From: Chloroflexota bacterium
GTDB taxonomy: Bacteria > Chloroflexota > UBA11872 > VXOZ01
Length of the DNA: 64,000 nucleotides
Direction: 5' to 3'
NCBI GenBank assembly: GCA_965221905.1
Contig: OZ244922.1
Coordinates: forward strand, 3,296,001-3,360,000
Shown here: piece by piece, positions 40,987 to 52,016 of the stretch
Layout: each line of letters starts with the position of its first letter
Numbering within the stretch: the stretch's first letter is position 1
Notes under the pieces: model-generated
What the model was told of the DNA's origin: nothing
Database searches by the model: none
Seen by the model: only the letters and a program-made list of their open reading frames with translations
Position numbers and translations under genes: made by a program

Positions 40987-43900
40987 TCATCCCGCAGGCG
41001 AAAGCACTTGCTCGCGCAGCTCCTCCAAATGGAGGGAAATCATCTGCGACACACCCTCTTCTGCCATGCTAACACCAAAGAGGGCATCCGCCATCTCCAT
41101 AGTGCCACGATTGTGCGTGATGATCAGGAATTGGGTATCCCGACCGTACTCGCGAAGCAGCTTACAGAAGCGGCCCACATTCGTCTCATCGAGCATGGCG
41201 TCCGCCTCGTCGAGTAGGCAGACCGGCGTGGCGCGTGCACTGAGGAGCGCAAACAACAATGCCAATGCCACGAGCGCGCGTTCACCGCCCGAGAGGAGCG
41301 AAAGCGCCTGCCGCCGCTTGCCCGGGAGCTGCACGGTAATCTCAATACCGGTTTGATCGGGGTTTTGGGGATCAGTCAGGCTCAACTCGGCATCACCGCC
41401 GTCGAAGAGCACTCGTACCATCGTGCGAAAATCCGCCGCAACCTGCTGGAAAGTCGCATTAAAGTCTTGGCGAATAGTGCGACGGAGCTGCCGTTTGACT
41501 TCGTCGAGGTCTTGTCCGGCAGCTTCCAAATCGGCAATCTGCTCGCGAAGGAAGGTCGCGCGTTGCTCAAGTAGCGAAAATTCCTCCACCGCGAGGGGGT
41601 TGACCGGCCCAATCCGACGCAAGCGATTCCGCAAAGTCGCAACCTTGCGTTGCAACTCCTCCGGAGGCTCAGCAGAGGCCTGCGGAACCGGCTCAGCTTC
41701 CGGCTCATCGCTCAACCAACGCACCACCGTATCTTCGCGCCGCTGCCGCACGCCTGCCAGCGCCTGCTCAGCCCGGATGAAGTCCCGTTCGCGCGCAGCC
41801 CGCTGATTTTCCAAATCGGTTCGAGTCTGAGCGAGCACGCCGTGCTGCACGCGCAATTGCTCCAGAACGGCACGCTGCTTCTTGCTTTCGGCATCGGCTT
41901 CCTGCACCTGGAAGGTAGTCTGCCGGGAAGCCTCTTCGGTTGCCGATAGTTCCTTCTGCAGCGCGCGGAGCGCCTCTTCTCGCTCGGAGCGGGTGGCTGC
42001 GATCTTGCTGCGCTCGTCCAAGAGCCCTTGCCGCTCAGTGCGCAACTGGGCGATAGCGCGCGACAGATGCTCCTTCCGCTGCTGCTGGACCGCAAGTTGC
42101 GTCTGCATTGAGCCAATTGCGGCCCGCTGTGTTTCTACTGCCTGTTGCAGCGCGCTGGCTGTCTGCTCCCGTTCGCCAATCTCCCGGGTCAGTCGCTCCT
42201 TGGCGGCGACGGCCAGCGGCGCTTCCCGCTCGCGCGCCGCGAAGGTGTCTTCAATTTCCTCCCGTTGGACGCGTGCTTCCTCCTCAACCTGCTCCCACCA
42301 CGCGCATTGCCGCGCTAGTTCATCATACTCGTGAGTCTGTTGCTGCAAGGCCGCATTGGCAGTACGCGCCGTGTCAGCGCACTGCGTATGGGCCTCGGCT
42401 GCTTCACGGGCCTCGGCGCGCAATTGACCTTGTTGGGCGCGCAGCGCGGACTCTTCCCGCTCCAACTCCTCGCACTGACGGCGCACGTCGGCCAAGCGTG
42501 CGGTAAGATTCCGATATTGCACGTGCTGTTGCCCGCGCTGCACAGACGCTTGCGTATAGCGGAATACGCCGTTGCTGTACACCACGCCGTCCGCACTCAC
42601 GATCAGCGGCCAAGAGTACCGCCCAGCTACGGCGAGGATAGCGCCGACGTCCTTGACCACAAGAATTGCTTGCAGCAACGGCCCGAGGGCGGCGCTCTGC
42701 GGAGGCAGCGCAACAAGGTCGGCGGCACATCCGACAACGCCGGGCAGAGAGGGCACCGCGCGCTTTTCCGTAGCCACGAGTTCGGCCGCCAGCACGGTTG
42801 CGTTTGCGGCGGCCGCGCCTACCAAGTGCGCAATGAGTTTCTCCGCATCCTGCGCACGGTCAGCGAGAAATGCTTCACTAGGCAACGCCGCCTCCAACGC
42901 GGTTGCAATGCCCTCGGGCAGGTCTGCCTCCGCGACAGGCGGCAGCAACGTTACACCTAGTTTCGCCGCGATCGCCTCAGGCTTGGCCTCCTCACCTGCC
43001 GCTGCGCCTGTCAGGAGTGCGCGCAGGGCTTCCGTGCGTCCTTCCAGATCGGCGCGCTGACGCAGCGGCTCTTGCCGTGCTGTTTCAAGCTGGTGTACGG
43101 CTTGCTCAACCGTCGTTAACGCAGATTCGGCTTGATTCCTGGCGGCTTGCCGGGTAGTTACCTCTGCTTGGAGCGTGTCCGCACTTTCCTGCAACGTCGC
43201 CAGGGAAGCGGCGCGGTCACGCTGCTGCTTGCGTGCGTGTTGCAGTTGCTCGGCGGCTTCGGCGGCGCGCGTCAGCACCGCTTCACGTTGACGCTTTGCG
43301 TCATTAATCGCAGCAGTCAGGCTGCTCAGTCGCGTGCTAACCGTTACCCCTTCTTGCCGCAACTGCTGCAAGGCTGCTTCTGCTTCCCGGCGCGCCTCTT
43401 CTTTGCGGGTGATGCCGCTCTTCGCGGACTGCCACTGTGCTTGCAGCGCGGTGAGCGCCTCTGACGCTTCCGCTAGGGCGGCTTCCTGCTCGGGTAGGCG
43501 TGCGGCGACAGCTTCCTGCCGTTCAGCAAGCTCCGCTTCCCGCGATTCCGCCTCCTCCACGTTTCGACCTAGGTGTGTTTGTCGCTCCTGCTGCACTGCA
43601 TGCCGCTGCGCGAGGTCGTTCTGGCGGTTGCGCAATCCCCGGAGGCGTGCTTCCAGGCGGTTCATGCCCTGTTCCTGTTCCTGCATTGCCTGCTCTAAAC
43701 GCTCGCGCTCATGCGCCTGGCCCGCGATCTGCGTATCTAGCGTGGCAAGCGTCGTCTGTACCTGCGCAAGCTCCTGGGTAGCAGTTCGTTCCTCTGCGAC
43801 AAGTTCTGCCAGTTGCGCCGCATACCAGGCATGCATCGCCTGAGCCAGTTCCTGCTGCAGCGTCTCCGCTTTCCGGGCCTCTCCAGCCTGCGTTTCGAGC

Positions 43901-44505
43901 ACGGTGAGGCGCGGCTCCAATTCCAGCAGAATGTCGCGCACCCGGTCCATATTGTCGTGCACACGTCCGAGCTTATTCTGCGCCTCGTGCTCCTGCATGT
44001 AGAGCGAACGCACGCCGGCGGCTTCCTCCAGCAAGACGCGGCGATCCTCCGGCCGCTGCGCAAGCACTTGATCGACAAGACCTTGCCCGATCATCATGCC
44101 CTGGCCGATGCCGGCTTCCGCCAGGAGTTGCTGGATATCGCGCAGACGCACCCGATTGCCGTTGAGGAGGTATTCATTCTCGCCGGAACGATACGCCCGC
44201 CGCGCAATGCTGACTTCGGCCAGTTCCAAGGGGAACGTGCCGTCCTCGTTGTCGAACGTGAGCACGACCTCAGTCATACTGCCGCGCGTGCGCCGGGGCG
44301 TGCCCGCAAAGACGACGTCCTCGCTCTTGCGGCCCCGCAATGCCAGCATGCTCTGCTCGCCGAGCGCCCAGCGAATGGCGTCTGCCAGGTTGCTCTTGCC
44401 GCTGCCGTTCGGACCGACAATCGCGGTAATGCCCCGGGGGAAAGCCAGCTTGGCCCGGGTAGGGAATGTCTTGAAGCCGTGTATCTCGAGCTGTGTGAGG
44501 TACAT
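40987..44505 (-). CDS. smc: chromosome segregation protein SMC
   Basis: GFKTF, GPNGSGKSN, long coiled coils, LSGGE, LDEAD. Confidence 0.97.
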   Translation of the reverse strand: MYLTQLEIHGFKTFPTRAKLAFPRGITAIVGPNGSGKSNLADAIRWALGEQSMLALRGRKSEDVVFAGTPRRTRGSMTEVVLTFDNEDGTFPLELAEVSIARRAYRSGENEYLLNGNRVRLRDIQQLLAEAGIGQGMMIGQGLVDQVLAQRPEDRRVLLEEAAGVRSLYMQEHEAQNKLGRVHDNMDRVRDILLELEPRLTVLETQAGEARKAETLQQELAQAMHAWYAAQLAELVAEERTATQELAQVQTTLATLDTQIAGQAHERERLEQAMQEQEQGMNRLEARLRGLRNRQNDLAQRHAVQQERQTHLGRNVEEAESREAELAERQEAVAARLPEQEAALAEASEALTALQAQWQSAKSGITRKEEARREAEAALQQLRQEGVTVSTRLSSLTAAINDAKRQREAVLTRAAEAAEQLQHARKQQRDRAASLATLQESADTLQAEVTTRQAARNQAESALTTVEQAVHQLETARQEPLRQRADLEGRTEALRALLTGAAAGEEAKPEAIAAKLGVTLLPPVAEADLPEGIATALEAALPSEAFLADRAQDAEKLIAHLVGAAAANATVLAAELVATEKRAVPSLPGVVGCAADLVALPPQSAALGPLLQAILVVKDVGAILAVAGRYSWPLIVSADGVVYSNGVFRYTQASVQRGQQHVQYRNLTARLADVRRQCEELEREESALRAQQGQLRAEAREAAEAHTQCADTARTANAALQQQTHEYDELARQCAWWEQVEEEARVQREEIEDTFAAREREAPLAVAAKERLTREIGEREQTASALQQAVETQRAAIGSMQTQLAVQQQRKEHLSRAIAQLRTERQGLLDERSKIAATRSEREEALRALQKELSATEEASRQTTFQVQEADAESKKQRAVLEQLRVQHGVLAQTRTDLENQRAARERDFIRAEQALAGVRQRREDTVVRWLSDEPEAEPVPQASAEPPEELQRKVATLRNRLRRIGPVNPLAVEEFSLLEQRATFLREQIADLEAAGQDLDEVKRQLRRTIRQDFNATFQQVAADFRTMVRVLFDGGDAELSLTDPQNPDQTGIEITVQLPGKRRQALSLLSGGERALVALALLFALLSARATPVCLLDEADAMLDETNVGRFCKLLREYGRDTQFLIITHNRGTMEMADALFGVSMAEEGVSQMISLHLEELREQVLSPAG

Positions 44506-44510
44506 AGGGG

Positions 44511-45266
44511 CTAAGAGGGGGACGAGTGACTTGCGGTAACCGGGTGTTTAGATTCGATTTGTGCCAGGGCCCGCGCCGCGGCCGCTTGCTCCGCTTTTTG
44601 GGTGTTGGAGCCTTCACCGATGGCTAACAGGGAATCCTCTTGATAGACGCCGACAACAAAGTGCCGCGCGTGGTCGGCGCCGCTTGCGCCAAGCACCCGA
44701 TACGTCGGCGTGGTGTTGCATTCCGCCTGCAGATACTCTTGAAGCTGCGTCTTAGCGTTGAGGTCGCCGGCAGTGCTCAGGATGTGCGCGATCGCTGCTT
44801 CGAGTTGAGGAATTAGGAATGCCTTCACGTGCAAGTATGACGTATTGAGGAACAGCGCGCCAATGACAGCTTCGAAGCCGCTAGCCAAGATAGAGTCGCG
44901 CTCTCTGCCGCGATTTGCTTCTTCTCCCTTGCCGAGGCGGAGAAGCTCACCCAAGCATGCAGCCTGCGCAAATTGGCACAACTGTTCTTTTCTCACCAGC
45001 GCCGCCCGCAACCGCGATAATTCTCCTTCGGTCTTGTCGGGAAAGCGCCGGTAGAGATACTCCGCGGCAATTGCGCCAATGATTGCGTCTCCCAGAAACT
45101 CGAGCCGTTCATTGCTGTCAAGATTTGATAGCCCGTGCTCGTGCGCATACGACCGGTGCGTCAGAGCTTGCGTTAGGAGCGGCGAATCCGCGCCGTGAAC
45201 GCCGAGATTCGTCCCAAGTGCGTCAATGTCATAGCTGTCATGGTCTTCCGGCACAGTGCAATCCAT
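44511..45266 (-). CDS. rnc: ribonuclease III
   Basis: ALTHRS, NERLEFLGDA, C-terminal dsRBD. Confidence 0.97.
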   Translation of the reverse strand: MDCTVPEDHDSYDIDALGTNLGVHGADSPLLTQALTHRSYAHEHGLSNLDSNERLEFLGDAIIGAIAAEYLYRRFPDKTEGELSRLRAALVRKEQLCQFAQAACLGELLRLGKGEEANRGRERDSILASGFEAVIGALFLNTSYLHVKAFLIPQLEAAIAHILSTAGDLNAKTQLQEYLQAECNTTPTYRVLGASGADHARHFVVGVYQEDSLLAIGEGSNTQKAEQAAAARALAQIESKHPVTASHSSPS

Positions 45267-45330
45267 TGCTGTCTATTCGACGATTAGTGTTCGTATGAAT
45301 ACCTTGCGCAGGTCATCTCACACGTCTCGT

Positions 45331-46090
45331 TCCCCGGTAGCGCAGGTTTGCAACCTGCGACCGTCGTGTGTTGCAGGGCAGTTCCGGTGACGACATTCAA
45401 ATCCACTACAAGAACGTTGTGCCCATTCCCCGGTAGCGCAGGTTACAAACCTGCGACCGCCGTGTGTTGCAGGGCAGTTCCGGTGACGACTTTCAAATCC
45501 ACTACAAGAGCGTTGTGCCCATTCCCCGGTAGCGCAGGTTTGTAACCTGTGACCGCCGTGTGTTGCAGGGCAGTTCCGGTGACGACTTTCGAATCCACTA
45601 CAAGAGCGTCGTGCCCATTCCCCTGTAACGCAGGTTTGTAACCTGCGGCCGCCGTGCGTTGCAGGGCAGTTCCGGTGACGACTTTCGAATCCACCACAAG
45701 AGTGTCGGGCCCATTCCCCGGTAGCGCAGGTTTGTAACCTGCGACCGCCGTGCGTTGCGGGGCAGTTCCGGTGACGACTTTCGAATCCACTACAAGAGCG
45801 TCGGGCCCGTTCCACGATAGCGCAGGTTTGTAACCTGCGACCACCGTGTGGTGCAGGGCAGTTCCGGTGACGATATTCAAATCCTACAAGAGCGTTGGGC
45901 CCATTCCCCGGTAGCGCAGGTTTATAACCTGCGACCACCGTGTGGTGCAGGGCAGTTCCGGTGACGACATTCAAATCCTACAAGAGCGTTGGGCCCATTC
46001 CCCGGTAGCGCAGGTTTGCAACCTGCGACCGCCGTGCGTTGCAGGGCAGTTCCTGTCACGACTTTCAAATCCACTACAAGAGTGCGGGCG
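45331..46090 (+). repeat. head-to-tail array of eight 94-96-bp units, each with a class B REP
   Basis: REP starts at 45337, 45433, 45529, 45625, 45721, 45817, 45911 and 46005. Confidence 0.95.
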
Positions 46091-46271
46091 GCGGGCCTTG
46101 CCACAGTTCGGAAGCGGGAGACAAGCCCCTGCGCTGAGATTGCCGGCGTTGTTCGTGGCTGGTGTTTGCTATCTTTCGGAGAGCACGCCACCTTGCCGCA
46201 TTATCTAGTCCAAGCACGAGAACTCACCCCAAGCGCCGCTTTTGCTGTTCTATCCGCGCGGCGCCGTTTGT

Positions 46272-47042
46272 CTAGATGAGAGAGCGGGACTGGCACCCGT
46301 CAACGGGGATACAGGTGCCGTTTACCCAACTGGCACGCGGCGAAGCTAGGAAGGCGACCACGTTTGCGACTTCCTCTACCGTCCCAAAGCGACCGCCGGG
46401 GATCTCACGTTCCACGAACTCGGCCATGCCATCGGGGTCGGTTTGCACGCGCCGGTCCCAACTGCCGCCAGGGAAGCGAATTGAGCCGGGCGCAACACTA
46501 TTCACACGTATACCTTGCGGCGCGAGTTCGCGGGCAAGACTGGAGGCCAAGCCGATGACGGCTGCCTTAGTGCTGACGTACACGGCGGGACCGCCGACCT
46601 CGCGGCCCCAAATCGAGGAGACAAATACAACCGATCCACCGCTCGCCGCTGCCAGATGCGGAGTTGCAGACCGGGTCATCCGAACGCCTGAGAGCAAGTT
46701 TAAGCCGATGACTTCCTCCCATTCTTCATCACTCTGCTGTGGGAAAGGGGTGCGGTTGTTGCCGCCGACGTTGTTCACAAGAACGTTGAGCTGGCCGTAA
46801 GCTTCGATGGTGGCCGCGACAATTTCTGCCGCTGCATTGGGTTCCGTCACGTCGCGCGCAATGGCGCACACCTCTGCGCCGCTATTGCGCAGCGATGCTG
46901 CCGTCTCTTCAAGCTTCTCTTGACCGCGGGCGCAAATGGCCAGCTTGCAGCCCTCGCGTGCAAGCGCAGTAGCAATACCTTTGCCAATGCCGCGACTGGC
47001 GCCGGTGATGAGGGCAACGTGTCCGCCTAGTGCGAGTTCCAT
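46272..47042 (-). CDS. SDR family oxidoreductase (FabG-like)
   Basis: TGASRGIG, NNVG, YVSTK. Confidence 0.9.
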   Translation of the reverse strand: MELALGGHVALITGASRGIGKGIATALAREGCKLAICARGQEKLEETAASLRNSGAEVCAIARDVTEPNAAAEIVAATIEAYGQLNVLVNNVGGNNRTPFPQQSDEEWEEVIGLNLLSGVRMTRSATPHLAAASGGSVVFVSSIWGREVGGPAVYVSTKAAVIGLASSLARELAPQGIRVNSVAPGSIRFPGGSWDRRVQTDPDGMAEFVEREIPGGRFGTVEEVANVVAFLASPRASWVNGTCIPVDGCQSRSLI

Positions 47043-47058
47043 CTTAAGGGCAAGGGCG

Positions 47059-47298
47059 TTAGCCGGCCGCCTGCTTCTCGATGTACGCTACCGCATCCTT
47101 GATGCTTCGGATCTCCTGTGCCTCTTCATCCGAAATCTGGATGCTGTATTCGTCCTCTAGCGCCATGATGAGCTCGACAAGATCAAGGGAATCTGCTTCC
47201 AAGTCCTCTTGAAAGCGGGTATCCTCTGTGATCTCGCCGATCTCGGCACCGAGTTTATCCGCTACTACCGCCTTAATCTGCTCTAGCGTATCGCTCAT
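47059..47298 (-). CDS. acpP: acyl carrier protein
   Basis: DLEADSLDLVELIMALE. Confidence 0.97.
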   Translation of the reverse strand: MSDTLEQIKAVVADKLGAEIGEITEDTRFQEDLEADSLDLVELIMALEDEYSIQISDEEAQEIRSIKDAVAYIEKQAAG

Positions 47299-47819
47299 TT
47301 CTCGCTCCTATACGATTTACAATACGATACTACGCAAGTGAAAAATACTAAGACGCATTACTGCCACGGTTACGCTCACTACGGAGGAGGTGGAGTACTC
47401 CAAAAGACCTCGTCTCTAGACACCGTGGGCTGGCAAACGCGGATGTGACACTGCGTCACACTGACCGGATTGGGATAGCAGTGCACTTCAGGAATATGGC
47501 TGCACTTTGCGCTGACAATCGGGGCTGCTCACTGACTGCAATAAGACACATCCGGTGCTTCTCTATGCCTCGGCAAACTGTGCCTAATGGTGATGCGCCT
47601 CCATCGAGTCTCAGTGTGCATTACCCGCGTCACGCATTGCTTCCCATTGCTGCTCCTTCCGCCTCTATCAAGTATATAACCACTGCTATTCATTTAGAAA
47701 GTGTGAAGGCGCGCGCTTGCGCCATTCGGCCGCACCGCCAAGGCTTGACCCGCCCCTCACCCGGGCATCGGCTATCCCTTGCTGAGACTTTCCAAGCGGG
47801 CCTCAACTCGAGCCATCTA

Positions 47820-48416
47820 TCACTTCTTTGCGCCGGGTAAGCTCAGACCCAAGCGCGTACCGCCGTACACCAAAATAACAGCAACGACTGCCTTAGCGAT
47901 GTCTATCAGGACAAACGGTTCGACACCATTGCGGTAGGCCAGCATCCAGGGGCTTTGCTCGTCCCTCACCAAGAAGTACCACTGCGACAAGTGGTACCAA
48001 CCAAGGACGTAGATGACGGCGATGCCTGCCAGTGCTGCCACGATAGTCCAACGCTGCCCCAGCCAGAGCGCGAGAATTCCGACGAGCGGGGCGGCAAAGA
48101 GAAAGCCCCAAATGTATCCGCCGGTCGGCCCAAGCAACCAGGCGATGCCGGAACCGCCGCCGGAGAAGACCGGCAAACCCACGATCCCGGCGCCAATGTA
48201 TTCGGCTAGTGCCAGGAAAGACTGGCGCGGGGTCAGGCTCAAACCGATGAGAAGTACTACCAATACTTGCAGCGTGATGGGCACCGGCGTAAACCACAGG
48301 TGTATCTCCGCCCGCGCCGACAGGGCTATCAGCACCGCCGCGAACGTCGCTAGGGCGACTGCCATGAGCGCACTGCGGGCGCGCTCGCCGGATAGAATTG
48401 TCTCTCGTGCCGTCAT
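47820..48416 (-). CDS. bioY: biotin transporter BioY
   Basis: PVPITLQ, GLPVFSGG, GPTGGY. Confidence 0.93.
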   Translation of the reverse strand: MTARETILSGERARSALMAVALATFAAVLIALSARAEIHLWFTPVPITLQVLVVLLIGLSLTPRQSFLALAEYIGAGIVGLPVFSGGGSGIAWLLGPTGGYIWGFLFAAPLVGILALWLGQRWTIVAALAGIAVIYVLGWYHLSQWYFLVRDEQSPWMLAYRNGVEPFVLIDIAKAVVAVILVYGGTRLGLSLPGAKK

Positions 48417-48537
48417 CCACCCTTCTCCTTGTTTACAAACTTACCTCGGCTTGTAAGAGCGTTCCCAGCTAAATGTCATCCCAAGAACCGTCTTACTATT
48501 GTCCTCTCTACGCCTGGCTGCTGCTTGGCTTGGCCGC

Positions 48538-48990
48538 CTACCCGTCGAGGGCAATGAGGTCTTGACCGCCCTGCACCACGTCACCTGATTCTACCAGCAC
48601 GGCCGTAACCCGGCCGGACAGTTCCGCGTGTATCTCGTTGAAGACTTTCATGGCCTCAATCATCGCGACCACCTGGCCTGCCTCCACCCGGTCTCCCACC
48701 TGCACGAAAGGCTCAGCTTGAGGGCTTGACCGGTCGTAGAAGATGCCGTTGAGAGGCGCCTTAATCGCGGTGCGACGTGCCGGTTCCTCGCTGGGTGCAC
48801 GGGCATCTCGCGCCAGCGGCTGGAGAACGACGCCCGGTCGGCGGCGCAGAAACACTGCCGTATCGCCAAAGCGAATCTCTACCTCACTCACCACCGTGTC
48901 TTGCAGGGCGGCGATGAGGTCGTGCACGCCCTCTAGCCACGCGGTGCTCTCTTCGCTCCTCACGTCATCGGATTGCTGTTCGGACGCCAC
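48538..48990 (-). CDS. accB: biotin carboxyl carrier protein
   Basis: IEAMKVFNEI biotinylation motif. Confidence 0.92.
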   Translation of the reverse strand: MASEQQSDDVRSEESTAWLEGVHDLIAALQDTVVSEVEIRFGDTAVFLRRRPGVVLQPLARDARAPSEEPARRTAIKAPLNGIFYDRSSPQAEPFVQVGDRVEAGQVVAMIEAMKVFNEIHAELSGRVTAVLVESGDVVQGGQDLIALDG

Positions 48991-49118
48991 CGTATCCGTT
49001 CCTTACACCCATTTTTCGCTATCTGTTCTCAAGATTCGCCCTCACCCTTACCCTCTCCCTCATGGAGAGGGAACAGCGCCGCAGCCTAGCTTTCTTCCAA
49101 AACTAACTGGAACTTGCC

Positions 49119-50363
49119 TTACGCCTCGTATCGTCTAAAGATAAGACTCGCGTTGTGACCGCCAAAGCCGAAGCTATTGTTCATGGCCGCGTGAATAATT
49201 GCCCTGCGCGCGCTATTGGGCACGTAGTCCAGATCGCAGTCAGGATCGGGTTCTTCATAGTTGATCGTTGGCGGGATCACGTTGTCCGCAATTGCTTTCA
49301 AGCAGAATACCGATTCCACGCCGCCGGCGCCGCCGAGTAGATGGCCGGTCATGGACTTCGTAGAACTCACGGCGAGCGTTCCGGCATGTTTGCCGAACGT
49401 TGCCTTGATGGCCTGGGTTTCCGCCTGGTCATTCAGCGGCGTGGAGGTACCGTGGGCATTGATGTACTGCACGTCTTCCGGCTTGAGCTGCGCTCGCTCC
49501 AGCGCAATCCGCATGGCGCGGGCAGCGCCTTCACCGTCTTCCGGCGGGGCGGTAATGTGACTGGCGTCCCCGGTCGCGCCGTAACCCGCTACCTCGCCAT
49601 AAATGTGCGCGCCGCGGTCCAGCGCATGCTCCAAACGCTCCAGCACCAACACGCCCGCACCCTCACCGACTATAAAACCGTCCCGCTGATTCTCGAAAGG
49701 GCGCGAGGCCGCCGCCGGAGCATCGTTCCGTCGGGAGAGCGCGCGCATAGCGGCGAAACCGGCGATGGTCATTGGGGTCACCGCGGCCTCGCTGCTGCCG
49801 CAGATCATCACGTCGGCGTCGCCGCGCCGAATTGCCGCCGCGCCCTCGCCGACAGCATGCGCGCCGGTGGCGCAGGCGGAGACGACCGCCAGATTTGGAC
49901 CCCGCAGTCCGAAGCGAATTGAGATTGCTCCCGCTGCGGTATCCGTGAGCAGCATGGGAATGAGAAAGGGGCTCAAGCGACTGGGCCCGCGCGCGGCCAT
50001 CACCGCAAACTGCGACTCCAACGACTCGATGCCGCCAATGCCGGAACCGACAAACACGCCGATGCGATTTGTGTTTTCTGCGGTTATATCGAGACTCGAG
50101 TCGTCCATGGCCTCTTGCGCCGCCGCGACGGCGTATTGCGTGAAGCGGTCCATCCGCCTCGCCTCGCGCGCATCCATGTACTGCCGCGCGTCGAAGTCCC
50201 TTACCTCACCGGCAATCTGCACCGCGAAGCCCATGGTATCAAACCGGCTAATGCGCTTGATTCCTGATGTGCCGACACAGACGGCATGCCACGAGTCCGC
50301 GGCGGTATTACCCACCGGGGTAACCGCGCCCATGCCGGTGACAACAATGCGCGTACGCGCCAT
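49119..50363 (-). CDS. fabF: beta-ketoacyl-ACP synthase II
   Basis: SACATG, NAHGTST, GHLLG, NSFGFGGHN. Confidence 0.97.
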   Translation of the reverse strand: MARTRIVVTGMGAVTPVGNTAADSWHAVCVGTSGIKRISRFDTMGFAVQIAGEVRDFDARQYMDAREARRMDRFTQYAVAAAQEAMDDSSLDITAENTNRIGVFVGSGIGGIESLESQFAVMAARGPSRLSPFLIPMLLTDTAAGAISIRFGLRGPNLAVVSACATGAHAVGEGAAAIRRGDADVMICGSSEAAVTPMTIAGFAAMRALSRRNDAPAAASRPFENQRDGFIVGEGAGVLVLERLEHALDRGAHIYGEVAGYGATGDASHITAPPEDGEGAARAMRIALERAQLKPEDVQYINAHGTSTPLNDQAETQAIKATFGKHAGTLAVSSTKSMTGHLLGGAGGVESVFCLKAIADNVIPPTINYEEPDPDCDLDYVPNSARRAIIHAAMNNSFGFGGHNASLIFRRYEA

Positions 50364-50595
50364 GTACCCTTTCCTTAGATCTGAGATCGGCGCTGCATCT
50401 AAAAGACAACGGCCCTGATAGCAGCCCTTTTTTCCTTCGCTAGCGAGACTACACTACCCTGACAGCGAAGACAAAGCAACGCGTTCCGTTCGCCTTGAGC
50501 CTACATATCCTGAGTTTGTCAAAGGGCCGAGAGGTGAACAGACTCGCTTGCAACCTACTCCGAGTCTTCGCAGCGGATTAGTCAACTGAAACAGG

Positions 50596-51714
50596 TCATG
50601 CGCCCAAGAAGCGACTAGCCAGCCACGGCGCAAGATCGAGTTCGGTTTTGCCTTCCATAATCCACTTGGCGTTATATTCACCGAGGGCCACGGAGAATTT
50701 GAAGCCGCGGCCGCTCCACCCGCAATCGAGGAACAGGTTATTGTAACCTGCAACGTAGCCCAAGAGGGGTTTCAAGTCGGGAGTATCATCATAGCAGGTC
50801 TGGTATGCGCCCTGAAAGCGGCCGCGCTTCATCTTGGGGAGCCGCTTCTGTATAACCTCGGTCGTCCAGTCCACCATCCACTGAGGGGGAACGGCGTTCG
50901 TGGGGTCCGGTTCTATCTTCACCAGCGGGTTGCGGCGGTCGCACAAGACGCGAAAGTGCTTATTGTGCCAGGGAATAATGGCAAGCTCCACGCTGAACAC
51001 CGGCGGACGGTCGTAGAAATCGGGCGGTTGACGGTAGAACGACACGCCGACTTGCGAGGGTTGAATGGGGAGGCGCAAACCAGCGGAGCGCGCTACTTTG
51101 TGACTCCACGGCCCGCAGGCGAGCACGACCTTGCCCGGCACAATAGCGCCGCCGGGGGTTTCCAGCCGTTCGATGCGCCCGTTCTTGGCGTGGATATGCG
51201 TAACCGGGGTGAATTCGCGAATCTCCGCGCCGTAGGCCCGCGCGCCGGCCACGAACGACTGCATCGTACGGTAGGCGTCCACATTCCCGGTCTCGCCATA
51301 GAGGAGCGCAGCGCCTGCGCCCTCCAGGTTGGCTTCCGGATAGTAATCCTTCGCCTCGTCGAGTGTAATCGCGCGGGCGGCAGAGCCGTTCTTCCTGGCC
51401 GCTGCGGCAGCCTTTTCGGCTGATTCCATCGAATCGCTGAGGTTTAAGATGCCATATTTAAAGAAACCGCAGTCGCCGCCCACGACGTCTGAGAAGTTGT
51501 CGTAGATGTCGCGCGCACGTACCGCCAGCTTGGCGATGGTGTCCGTCATCTCTGCCTGTTGGCCGCACATGGCGCCGGACATGGAACTCGTGCCGGAGCC
51601 AATTGTGTTCCGCTCGCAAAGTACGACCTTGCCGGCACCGGCTTTCGCGAGATGGTAGGTGATTGTGGTGCCAACGATTCCACCACCAATGACGACAACG
51701 TCTGCAGTTTCCAT
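50596..51714 (-). CDS. FAD-dependent oxidoreductase (DadA/sarcosine oxidase beta family)
   Basis: VIGGGIVG, YDDTPD, GWSGRGFK. Confidence 0.88.
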   Translation of the reverse strand: METADVVVIGGGIVGTTITYHLAKAGAGKVVLCERNTIGSGTSSMSGAMCGQQAEMTDTIAKLAVRARDIYDNFSDVVGGDCGFFKYGILNLSDSMESAEKAAAAARKNGSAARAITLDEAKDYYPEANLEGAGAALLYGETGNVDAYRTMQSFVAGARAYGAEIREFTPVTHIHAKNGRIERLETPGGAIVPGKVVLACGPWSHKVARSAGLRLPIQPSQVGVSFYRQPPDFYDRPPVFSVELAIIPWHNKHFRVLCDRRNPLVKIEPDPTNAVPPQWMVDWTTEVIQKRLPKMKRGRFQGAYQTCYDDTPDLKPLLGYVAGYNNLFLDCGWSGRGFKFSVALGEYNAKWIMEGKTELDLAPWLASRFLGA

Positions 51715-51767
51715 ATTATCTCCGCTCCGGTACTCCGTAAGGTTACATCTATCTCGTAAGATTGCAG

Positions 51768-51808
51768 CTACTTCACAAGAAGACGTCTACTTCACAAGAA
51801 GACGTCTA
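51768..51808. repeat. perfect 19-bp tandem duplication
   Basis: CTACTTCACAAGAAGACGT x2. Confidence 0.9.
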
Positions 51809-52016
51809 ATGCGTAGAGTTGTGCCTATTCCCTGAAATTCGTTGCAATTCGGCCCACCCGAGAGCAACTCCGCTCACGCGGCGGTGGCCTGTGCCCCGTT
51901 CGCAACTGTATCGAGCGCGATTCTGCCCGTCCATTCAGCGATCTGCACTGGAGTTTGCCGCATTCGCGCAGATAGCGCTCATTGAACGCGCAACGTAATG
52001 CACGCCCTTGCAAACG

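Noticed and set aside
45318-45974. 218-aa Cys-rich repeat protein (also 27585-28043)
   Set aside because: By-product of repeat units whose length is a multiple of 3. Several frames are open and the frame is broken by the 94-bp units.
45331-46090. CRISPR array
   Set aside because: Inter-repeat segments are homologous to each other, the unit is 94-96 bp, and no cas genes are present. The same applies to 27690-28118 and 32331-32595.
47772-47816. rpsU (S21) remnant MARVEARLES
   Set aside because: Only 14 codons with no continuing similarity; likely chance.
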